DNA of 64,000 nt from an uncultured Methanomassiliicoccales archaeon (GTDB lineage Archaea > Thermoplasmatota > Thermoplasmata > Methanomassiliicoccales > UBA472): the NCBI GenBank assembly GCA_963695345.1, contig OY968769.1, positions 1,152,001-1,216,000 on the forward strand, given 5' to 3'. Below are positions 20,692 to 31,671 of this stretch, in pieces. Within the stretch, counting starts at the first letter, position 1. Each line of letters opens with the position of its first letter. The position numbers and the translations under genes are program-made. The notes under the pieces are model-generated. The model saw nothing but the letters and a program-made list of their open reading frames with translations, was not told the origin of the DNA and did not search any database.

Positions 20692-21611
20692 ATGGCCAAT
20701 GAAAAGAACCTGGATATAATGGACCTTAAGCAGCTCAAGAGCGAGAAGAAGGATCTATACCAAGACCATGCTGATCGTCGGCATCGTCCTCGGGGTCCTT
20801 TTCCTGCTCATCGGCTTCCTTGACGCCATCGGCGGCCTCGAGACGCCATTGAACTGGATCGACTACGTGGCGCTTGGCCTGATGGGCGTTTCCGGACCAT
20901 ATGGTTTCTACACGACCTACAAGCACAAGAAGATCAGGAACATCGAGGCCCGTCTCCCGGACTTCCTCAGGGACGTGGCCGAAGCGGGCCGTTTCGGAAT
21001 GACCTTGGCCGAAGCCATCAAGGTCTCTTCGAGGGGCAGGTACGGACCGCTCACCCCGGAGATCCAGCGGATGGCCGCCCAGATCGAATGGGGCGTCCCA
21101 GCGGCGGAGGCGTTGAAGCTGTTCGCGGAACGGGTCGACACGCCCGCTGGTCAACCGGATGATATCGATCATCATCAAGGCCAACGATGCCGGCGGCAGC
21201 GTCGCCGACGTGCTTACCATGGTGGCCCACGATGCCCGCGAGAGCATGCTCGACCAGAGCGAGCGCAGCCTGGAGATGTCCACCTACACCGTGGTCATCT
21301 ACGTGGCGTTCGCCGTGTTCCTGGCCACCATATTCATCCTGAACGCCACCTTCCTGCCGAAGATGGCGGAGGCGGGGGCACAGGTTTCCGCGGGGGCGGC
21401 GGCGGCCGGCATCACCAACATGCCCGCCACCATCAAGACCGAGGTCATCCCGCAGATCCAGTTGATATTCGTCATATCGGTCGTCATCCACGCCTTCGGG
21501 GACGGCATTCTGGCGGGTGTGCTGCAGGACGGCCGGATCGCCAACGGGCTGAGGCATTCGTTCATCATGCTGCTGCTGGGTCTCCTCGGCACGAAACTGG
21601 GAGGCACCTGA
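20692..21611 (+). CDS. Type II secretion system F family platform protein 2 (indels near 20735 and 21145)
   Basis: LPDFLRDVAEAGRFGMTL, YGPLTPEI...IEWG, GGSVADVL; GAGGTG SD before ATG 20692. Confidence 0.85.
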
Positions 21612-21612
21612 G

Positions 21613-23340
21613 ATGGAAGCTTCAAGAAAGCCGATGGACGAGATCGACGAGGTCCTGAAGAAGAACCGGGAGCCCCGGGTCAAGCATGCCCCCAAGCAGG
21701 GATTGAGCAGCCGAGTACCTGGGTTTCCTGCTGAAGGTCAAGGGCCGGCCTATGAAGATCACTGCTTCCCTCCGAGACGAGAGCCCCGGCGGTCGAATCC
21801 GGAGTGATCACCGAGGTGCCGAAGATCGGGGAGCTGAACGTCGACGAGGTCGAGGTGACCCCGGTCTACAAACCGTACTCATTCGTCCGTATCAAGTTCG
21901 ACAACACCTCTTCGGAGTACATCTACGAGGTCATCGAGCCGCACCTCACCGAAGACGAGATGTACCTGCTGGACATGCTGAAGTCTTCCCTCATCGTAAC
22001 CCTGAACCTAACGATAAGGAAGACGCCCAAGGAGAAGTTGGAGATCCTGCGCAAGGCGACCGACGAGCTCCTCCGGGTATTTGACGTCAGTCCGAACGCG
22101 CTTTCCAAGGAGCGCATCCTGTACTATCTGCGCCGCGACTTCATCGGTTATGGCGCCATCGACGTGATGATGCATGGACCCGAACGTCGAGGACTGCTCC
22201 TGTGACGGGGTCAACATCCCGCTCTACATATTCCACCGCAAGTACGGGTCCATCAAGTCCAACGTCAAGTTCGAGAAGGAGGAGGAACTGGACTCGTTCG
22301 TGGTCTGGCTGGCACAGAAGTGCGGGAAGCACATCTCGGTGGCCAACCCGATGCTGGATGCCACCATCCCGGACGGTTCCAGGCTGAACGCGACCCTCGG
22401 CATGCACGTCACCAAGAGAGGTTCGTCGTTCACCATCAGGCGGTTCAAGGAGAACCCGTTCACGCCCATCGACCTGCTCAAGTTCAAGACCATGAGCACG
22501 GAGATGATGGCCTACCTGTGGATATCCACCGAGTTCGGCTCGTCGATGCTGGTGTGCGGAGGTACCGCCTCCGGAAAGACCACCACGCTCAACGCCGTCC
22601 TGCTCTTCATCCCGCCGCAGAAGAAGATCATCAGCATCGAGGACACCAGGGAGCTGAACCTGCCGCACGAGAACTGGATCCCCGGCCTGACCAGGGAGGG
22701 TTTCGGCGGCAAGAAGGCGAACAGCACCGGTTCCGTCGACATGTTCGACCTTCTGACCGCGGCGCTCAGGCAGCGCCCCGATTACCTGATGGTCGGTGAG
22801 GTGAGGGGCAAGGAAGCGTATGTGGTCTTCCAGGCCATGGCCACCGGCAAGACATCCTACTCCACTTTCCACGCCGAGGACGTCCAGGCGATGGTGCACA
22901 GGATGGAGAACGACCCGATCAACCTGCCCCGGGCGCTCATGACCGCTTTGGACATCGTCATGCTGCAGGCCCAGGTCAAGGTCGGCACCAAGATGACCAG
23001 GAGGGTCAAGTCATTGACCGAGATAGTCGGCATGGACGCCGAGACCGGAGAGCTCATCACCAACGCCGTCTTCAGCTGGAACCCGGCCGATGACACGTTC
23101 AACTACTCCGGCCACTCGTACATCTTCGAGAAGGTCAGGACGATCAAGTCCTGGTCCCCCAGGGAGATGGAGCGCGAGGTGAAGCGCCGGGTCGAGATAC
23201 TGGAGTTCATGAAGAAGACCGGTGTCGACAACTACAAGCAGGTGGCCCGGATCATCTCGGCATACTACAAGAGCCCGGAACGCGCCATAAAAGAGATCCG
23301 GGACAAGATGACGGCCACACAACTGGCCCCTCCCCAGTGA
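21613..23340 (+). CDS. Type IV pilus/type II secretion ATPase 2 (indels near 21720-21750 and 22172)
   Basis: EDCSCDG, GGTASGKTT, ALRQRPDYLMVGEVRG; paralog of ATPase 1. Confidence 0.92.
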
Positions 23341-23786
23341 CCGGACGGTCCTGGGGTCGAGCTCTATTTTTTTACTCTCTTTTACTTCGTATGGGTGAAT
23401 GGATTCCATTTGGGTTAGTTCGGGAAGGCCCCTCCTCCCAAAAGAATATGCTTTGAATCAAGGTATTTGTTGTTATTGAGCAGTACTGGATGCCTCAAAT
23501 AAGGACTAGCTTATGATAAATCGAATCAGAAATATTCGAAGGCATTCCTGCATCTTCGATCATGAAAGACAAGATTTCACCCCACTAACTGAAGAGAGCC
23601 TCTTTTTTTCAACCCGATGATGCGGCCTGAGATCAGCTCGGCTTTGGTATGTGAAACGGACCGCGGCTGCGCAAAAGACCGGCGGGTATGGTCTTTCGGT
23701 CATCGAAGGAACGAAACCGCTGCCTCTGAAGGGTGAAGATCGGAGAAATGGGGAAAGGGGTTTGTCTAAATGGTTTGGAAGCGGGA

Positions 23787-26700
23787 TCACTCTTTCTTCT
23801 GACCCTCTTGCGCGTTGTCCTGGAAGCGCTCCGCCGGGTCCTGTTCCTTCACGACCTTCTTGGGGACCATCTTGCGTTCCGAAGAGCGCTTGACGATCTT
23901 GCGGAACGGCTTGGCCTGCTCCCCGGTCTCGGCGGCCTGCGCCGTTTCCGGGACCCGGTCGAACACCGTGCCGCACTTGGAACAGATGGGCGCTCCTTTC
24001 GGGTTGAGGGTACCGCAAGCCGGGCAGGGCACGGAACTAACCTTCCGGTCCTCCTCCTGCTTGGCCACCCAGACCTCGAAGGTCATGTACGCCGGCTCGG
24101 TCCTGAGCCAGTCCATGAACTTGTCCTCGGAGTACTTCTTGCCCAGTGCGGCCTTGGCCTGCTCCCGGAACCCGTTGACGTACTCGTCGTACTGCATTCT
24201 CATGGACGACATGTAGGCATCTTCGGAGATGTCCTCCATCGGCTCGGTCATGAACTTCGCCCCGCACTCCGGGCACTCCTTTGACCTGGACGGAATCCAG
24301 GTGCCGCACTCGGAGCATTTTGCCGTGTCCGTCTCGAACTCGGTGCCGCACCGCGGGCAGCGTTTCGAGCTCTCCGGGATCAACGAGCCGCATTCGCCGC
24401 ACTCCACCATCTTTCCCAGTCCGTACTTGTACAGGTATACCGAGAAGATCAGGATGATGGCCACGACGATGATCGCGATGAGGATGAATATCCACAGCGG
24501 TACCGACTGCGGCTTGAATATCTCCACGATGTTGATCGGGATGGCGTTCGAATAGGTCGCGCCGGAGTTCAGCGTCACGCTCACCGAGTGACTGCCGGAA
24601 CGGTCCGTGGGCACGAATATGTAGCTGGTGTACGCCCCGCTGGTGTCGGTCCTGGTGGACATCGCCGTACCCACTGGCAGACCGGCGGAGTCAAGCAGCC
24701 TGATCGTGATCGACTGGTTGGCCAGGGCGTAGCTTCCATCGACGTTGGTGATCGACTCCGGTCACCAGTATCGATTCGCCCGGCTGGAAGTCGGTCTTGG
24801 TCCCTACGCTGATGAGGATGCGCGGGTTCGGAATGTTCACGGTGAACGTCCGGCTGTCGATGTTGTTGGTGTAGTTTGACTCCTCGATCACGTGACGGGA
24901 GTTCATCTCCACGAACAGGGTGTAGACGCCGGAGGTGACGTTCACCACCCAGGGGAACGTTATCTGGACCGACGCACCGCCGGCCAGGTCCCTGGTCATG
25001 CTCATCAGGTAGTGGTTGAAGTTGTCGCTGTCCCTTACGTAAATGTCTAGGACGGCCCCGTTCGCCGGCTTCAGACCCTCGTTGGCCATGGTGAACGAGA
25101 TGTCAATGGACTGACCCTGGACCGCCTGGGAGGTCGAGTTGCCTCCGCTGGACGGTTTGACCGTTACCCCGGAGGGGTACCAAAGGTCCGCCCGGTTGTC
25201 TATCACCAGGAGCGAACTGGAAATGATGTTGTTCTCATAGGTCGTCTCGATGATCGGGGTGTCGTTGCCGTGGGTGAAGGGGTTGACCTCCACGGTGATC
25301 ATGCGGCTCTGGTTGCGGCCCGATCCCTGTATGGCGCTGGCGATCCAGGCCATCTGAATATCGGTCGTCGCGCCTGAGTTAATGCTCGGGACCACCACAT
25401 CACCGATCTTGGTGCCGGTGCTGGTCGTTCCCAGCCAGAAGCGCACGATGAAGTTGGACGCCACGAACTCGCCGGTGTTCATCACGGTCGCGCTCAGTGT
25501 CACGGAATCACCGATGAACACCTGGGTCACGACCGATCCGGAACTGGTCAGTTTGAACTGGAGGTTCGTGGCCACCAGGTCCGGGTAGTTCAGGACCTTG
25601 ACGACGACACCTGCCTTGTTGTTGCCCTTGGACGCTTCCAGGAGGGTGTTGTTCTCATCTATCACGACGGTTATGTTGTGATCGCCGGGCAGCATGTGCT
25701 GCCAGGTCGCAAAGGCGAACCCTGTCTGACCGCTCCTTATCGCGGGCAGCGTGAAGTTGCCGATGGATATCCATAGGCCATGGAACACATCGTAGAAGCG
25801 TATCACCGCGGTGTGCTCCATGTTGTCCCCGCTGTTCACTATGTCAGCCCGTATGGACACGGTGGAGTTGGTCTCTATGATGGCCGGGTTGAACGAGATC
25901 TGACCGGGGAGGATGCTCAGGTCCGGGACACCCTGCACCGACACTATTGTCTGATTCCAGTTGTTGGTGCGGTTCAGCTGCGGAATGGCAGCGAACGGGT
26001 CGACGGTAACGTTCAGGGTATGGTTGCCTACTGGATAGGCGGCGGTCCAAAGGACGGTCAGGTTGGTGTGCTCTCCCGGCGCGATGGCTGTGAGTATGCG
26101 GTCGGCCACTATTGCGTCCGTGGTCACGTCCTTGAAGCGGACCAGCACATTGTAGGCAGTGACCACTCCGGTGTTGGTGATGTTGGCCGTGAGGCCCACC
26201 ACTACGCCCCTGGCGGGGCTGTAATCAGACGCCCAGAAGGGCGGGTCAAGTTCGGGCAGCGCCCCAAGGATGTTCACATTGGTGGCGATGTCGCTCTTGG
26301 CGATCCCTGTTCCATTGTTGATCAACCCGTCAGGAACGACCTGGGTATACCGGCCGTTGATGGCTCCGGTGCTGTCATACCGGACGCCGTGGAACCAGTA
26401 GGTCGCGTTGACACGGTAGTTATCGTTGAAATGTGACCCGCCGTAAGGGGTGATCCAGTCGGACAGGAGCGAGAAAGTGGCCTTTCCGTCCGCACCGGTC
26501 ACGCCCGTTGCGTAGAGAACTCCGGTCGACCGGTCGACCTCTACGAAGGCATCGGATATTCCATGGACCAGTGTCCCGTCCATGACGGTCACTGTCAACA
26601 GGCGGTAGCTCCAAGCCCTTGCCTCATCCTGGAGATGCAATGCTGGAAGAGATACGCTGGTCAGTACCGCTGTCGCCTGACCTCCGAAGTTGGTGATACC

Positions 26701-29414
26701 AACGAGGAAGGTGACATTGGTGGCGGTCAGGTTTCCGTACGAGGAGGACGGGGCGGAGATGTTCGACGCCACGAAGTTGCTGTCGGACAGCGTTGCCTTT
26801 GAGTGGCCATCGATATTGATGCTGACGACCCCTGGCAGAACGGATCCGTTGCTGGCCGATAGAACCGCGTTTTCCGTAAGGAAGATCGTTGTCGGGTTGT
26901 TAGATGTTATCCTGCCGGATACTATCTCTATAGAACCGGACCCAGAAACGGTTATCTTGAATTGGTTCGGATAATCGTTTATTAGGTTCAGTATGCCCGA
27001 TGAAATGACTAGTCTGGCATTGTCCCTGACCTCTATGTCGCCCTTGATCTGGTAGGGAGTGCTCCCACTGATCGACATCACCTGTGTGCCTGAAAGGACG
27101 ACCGGACCATAGACGACGGACAAAGTCGGGAACGTCACGGTCCTGGCGTCGACGTTGTTGGCCATGTCGGGGAAGTGCCTGAAGTTGGTCGAAATTCCCC
27201 CGTTGCCGTCGTCCAGCTCGTAAAGGACATGGTTAAGGGTACGGTACTTGAAGACCAGGTTGTAGTCGAATGCCTTACCGTTCCTCATGTTAGAGCTGTT
27301 CAGCACATCGCTGAGCAGGGGCAACTTGACGGTTCCGTTGGCGGCCGTCCTGTTGAAGTTTGATGCGGTCTTGCCGAGGTAGTTGAGGATCGCCTGGGGC
27401 GGGGTCGAAACCGTACCGGTTTGATCTAGATAATGGGAAGCGAGACCGCTTCCGATGTTGCTGGACGTGACACCGACGTTTCCGACAGGTATTTGTTGGT
27501 TGTCGGTTACTTCAAGCGAGACCCAGCGGTAGAGTGCGACGGTCGGTTGTGTTCTGAATATTCAGATAAAGTCGATCAAAATGGATTGTCGCCCCACCGG
27601 CATGTGTAAAAGACGAATGTAAGTGTCTTCAATTTTTCAATGGAATTGACATCGTTTGCATATAAATCGAAGGTCCGATGGTTGTTTGACCGGGATCTAA
27701 GTGACGGTCTTAGAATGTTGGTGTTTCTTAATGTAGACACCATCAAAACTGAATACTGAATATAGTTCGTTTGAGAGTATCCAGATTTCTGTAAAGTATA
27801 CAAATGATACGGTTAGACTCTTGATTGATCCAGTCAACTCTCCAAGATTGAACTGACGACGTTCATTGTTTGTCCGATCGTCACATCATAATAGAAGAGA
27901 GTCGCCCTGTAGCATATAGTCCAATTACATTCTGTCCAGTTGTGTCATTCGTTCCGATTTGCTGACAATTACCTTGGCCAAGATTCTTAGTCTTGAAGAC
28001 ATTGGTGCCGAAGTATCCGCCAGTGCTGTTCTGGACGGTCAGACCGTACAGGTTGGCGATCGACTGGTCCAATGCGACCAGTTTGTGATAGGCGCCTTTT
28101 GTCGCATCGGTCCCGTTGTTCTCGTTGATGTTGTTCAGCGGGATGAATGAGTCAGCGACCACCAGGTTCGTCGATCCGCCGATGGTGATGTTGCGGTAGG
28201 TCGACAGCTTCATGTCGATCGTGACCCAGATCCGGTCGATGTACACGTTGCCGGCCTTGGAGTTGGTGTAGTTCAAGGTGAGCTTGCTCAGGCTCTGAGC
28301 GGACATGCTCGGCAACGTATAATCCTTGGTTATGTTGACATTGGTCCCGGAAGGATTGCTGGCCTGATAGGTCGGAGTGGTTTCCATGTTGGTGTCGACG
28401 GCAGCTCCGAACTGCGGTGTGTAGTATAGCGAATCGTGCGTGCCGGCGATCGGCGCGCTGGTGCTGGTCTTGTAGCTGACGTGCAGGATGATGCTCGTTA
28501 TGTCAGCCGCCTCGAACACCAATCCGCCCATGTCGAAACCGGTCGTGTAAATCTTCTGTGTGGTCGCCACGGTCACGTTCAAGGTGTCGTTCATCGTCAT
28601 GGACAGCGCCTGCTGGCCGGCAGCCACCGTGCTGAGCGGTCCGAACACGGCGTTGACATCCCTCTCCAGGTAATAGTCCACGATCTGTCGGGCCTTCGTG
28701 TCCTTGGCGAACTGGTAATTGTTATTGTAGGGACCCGGCGTCGCGATAGCGGAGTTGTACGTGCCGTTATCGTACATGTTCAGGACCCGGGAGCCGATCA
28801 TCGTCACATCGCTGGACATGAACAGCATGACCGGAGAGCTGCTGAACGCCTTGGTCGGGAAATAGGTAGAATTGTATACGGTCGTCAAACCGGAAACGGT
28901 GGAATCGATGAGCGAGAACCTTGAATCATCGACCAGAAGGTGTCCCGAGAACGATATGTTGGACGTCCTTGATTCCAGGTATCCGCCGTGCCTGACCACA
29001 ACCCCAAGTGCTGGAATGAGGTTGCCGCCCAGTACATCGACGGTCAATGTCGAATTGTCAAGGATCAGTATCCCGCCGTCCTCGATGGTCAGCGATAGCG
29101 CCTTGACGCCCGCCCCGACCGGGGTGCTTCCTGAATAGGTAGAACGGAATACTATGGTAGAATTGACGATCTCGACCATTCCGCCACGCCCTGATCGTCA
29201 GGTTCCCGTCGAACGGGAACGAGCCCTGGTTATGCACGGTCAGGTTCTTGGAATATCCTGTTCCTATGATCATGTCCCCATTCGGGATCTCTCCCTGGGC
29301 GGACACCCCCACCTCGGGGACGGCAATGAGCATTACCCCAAGGAAAGACGAGATCACCATGCACCAAACGATTGCGAAGCTAACAAGCTTGTTGAATCCA
29401 GCACCCTGCCTCAT
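23787..29414 (-). CDS. Giant surface protein (about 1850 aa): signal peptide, beta-helix-like region, multiple CARDB domains, TM anchor, cytoplasmic zinc ribbons (several indels)
   Basis: N-terminal signal peptide, many N-x-S/T sequons, CARDB signatures (PDL..., VDP...ESNYTNN), TM helix LWIFILIAIIVVAIILIF, then CxxC pairs (CGECG, CPRCG, CSECG, CPECG, CPACG, CSKCG). Confidence 0.78.
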
Positions 29415-29602
29415 TATAACACCTGATTGACGACCATTGGTATTTTGGAAAATACTGTTTGAGTCTATAAATAGATGGTTACTTCTATCACACTTTGAAA
29501 CTTGCGTGGCCTACTTTTTGCCTACTGGCCATATATGAAAAAACTAATTATCATTATGCGCAAAAAGGGAGCATAAAAATAAGGATAGGGAGGGGGCCGC
29601 CC

Positions 29603-30781
29603 TCACTTCCTCTTGATTATCTTCCGTATCGAAACGGAGCGCTTCACTTCCGATTTCCTATCGTCTTCCTGCTCCTTGTGCTTCTCTTCCTCGACCGGCT
29701 CTTCCTCGACGTGCTTCTCTTCCTCGACCGGCTCCTCTTTCGGTTTCGGCTTTGGTTCTTCCTTCTTCGGTTCCGCCCGGCGGGAATCGGTCTTCTTGGG
29801 GGCTTCGACCAGCTTGCCGTCCTTGAGCTTGGCGTCGCAGGCCCAGCAGCGTTCTGACTTGGAATCGATCATGGTCCCGCAGTTGGGGCACTCGAACTCT
29901 TCCCTCTTCTCCTCGGCCGGTTCTTCCTCGGCGATCTCCTCTTCCTCGGCCGATTCCTCTTCCTCGGCCTCGGGTTCTTCGATCGGGGCCGGGATGGATC
30001 TCATATTGGGGGAATCCTCTTCGACACTGGCCTCCATCTTGGCGGCGTTGTCCTCTTCCATTATCTCCTCGGGCTTGGCCTCATCGAAGGCTGGCTCGGG
30101 GACATGTGATCTGGCCGCGGTCTTGGCCCGGCGGCCTTCCATCGCTTCCCTTTGGGTAAGGGCCTTCTCCCTCTCTCCCAGGGTGCGCTCCCATTCCACG
30201 AAACGCTTCTGCTCCTCCAGCATCAGCTTCTTGCTGTTGGCGAGAAGGTCGGCCTGCTCTTCCACGACCTTGATCTTGGCGAGGAGCTCCTCCCTCTTCG
30301 CGCTCAGGGATTCGACCATCTTCTTCAGGTCCGACTCGCCGGCGAGCATGCGCTCCTCCATCTTGGCGGCGCGCTCACCGGAATCGCGGAGCCGCTTCTC
30401 GTAACCGGACGTGAGCTCGGTCAGGCGGAGCAGTTCCGACTCCTGTCTGGCGATCTCGCTCCTGACGCCGATCCAGGGTCTCCCGGCTGGCCTGGATGTC
30501 GTCCTCTCTGCTCTGGAGGTCGGCCTGCAGCCGGTTCAGATCGTCCTGGAACTTGGTTACCCGGTGCTCCCGGGGGGCAAGCTCTGACTCGCGCTTCTTG
30601 ATCTCGGACTCCTTCCTCCCGAGATCGCCCTCGCGGTCGGCCAGCTCACGCTCGTCGGCGCGCAGTCTGGTCTCCGAGCGTCGAGGTCCTCGCGACGCTT
30701 CTTGAGGTCGGCCTCTTGGGTCTTGATCTTGTCCTTGAACTCTTCTATGACCTGCCAGATCGGTACTGAATCGTCTGCCAT
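29603..30781 (-). CDS. Coiled-coil protein with an acidic linker and zinc ribbon (indels 30370-30680)
   Basis: Heptad E/K/R-rich N-terminus, acidic low-complexity segment, FECPNCG...CWAC, basic tail. Confidence 0.72.
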
Positions 30782-30806
30782 TGATATTCCCCGCATTTGA
30801 ACATTT

Positions 30807-31508
30807 CTAGGCCAGTGTCGGCCCTAGTATAGTAAGCCCGTGATCGCCCACTTCCATGGTGTGGCGTTCCATCGAGTGCTCCGTGGCCCTCATCTTCTCG
30901 ACCCGCATGTACCGCACCAGCTTGCCGCGGGTACGGTCGAGCCCGAGCTCGATTATGCCATCCACCAGGAACCCTTCGTTCCCGAGCAGGTCGGAAGGCG
31001 CCCCGGGATTCCGTTCCATGACGATGAACGACATGAGATTGTAGTCCCTCAGCGTCTTGAAGAAGTAGAACATCTTCTTGCGCATCCCCTTCACGTCGTC
31101 CATCAATGAATACAACGCCCCCAGGGAGTCTAGGCTGAACACGGTGAACCGGTCTCCGTGCTTCTTCTTGTAATACCCGATGGTCTGGATGATGAATTGG
31201 AGATAGTCGGTGGGCGAATCGACCTCTACGATCTCGTCCAGCTCCCGGAGGTCCGTGAAGTCGGATATCTCCAGGTTCGATGTCAGCTTTAGGTTCAAAG
31301 ACCTCATGTTCCTGATGTGGCTGTCCGCGGTTTCCTCCAGCGTGACATACAGCCCGAACTCGTTGGTCTTGTCCAGATATGATGACATCATCGAGTAGCA
31401 GAAGGAGGTCTTCATGGATCCTGGGGGGCCGGTGATGAGAACCACCTTGGGGACCTCGATGTCCGTCCTGAATACCTTGTCCAAACCTTGAATGGAATTC
31501 CTGAACAC
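30807..31508 (-). CDS. KaiC/RAD55-family ATPase (single domain)
   Basis: IQGLDKVF, Walker A GPPGSMKTS, YVTLEET, LDSLG, VDGIIEL, VEKMRATEH. Confidence 0.88.
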   Translation of the reverse strand: MFRNSIQGLDKVFRTDIEVPKVVLITGPPGSMKTSFCYSMMSSYLDKTNEFGLYVTLEETADSHIRNMRSLNLKLTSNLEISDFTDLRELDEIVEVDSPTDYLQFIIQTIGYYKKKHGDRFTVFSLDSLGALYSLMDDVKGMRKKMFYFFKTLRDYNLMSFIVMERNPGAPSDLLGNEGFLVDGIIELGLDRTRGKLVRYMRVEKMRATEHSMERHTMEVGDHGLTILGPTLA

Positions 31509-31671
31509 TTTATCGACCGCCCGGATTACCTCATTTTATCGGCGGTCAGGTAATAAACCTTTTCTGGCTGGGCACCACTCTATGATAATTTTGAATGTTC
31601 CCTCCGATGCATAGAGCTGGCTTGGTTTGAAAATGGGTTTGGGGAAGGCCCCGGAAGGGACCTGAAACGGG

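Noticed and set aside
29675-29740. Short repeat encoding EEPVEEEKH twice, and the Ala/Pro repeat at about 1935-2000
   Set aside because: Ordinary low-complexity linker repeats within proteins, not a CRISPR array or mobile element.
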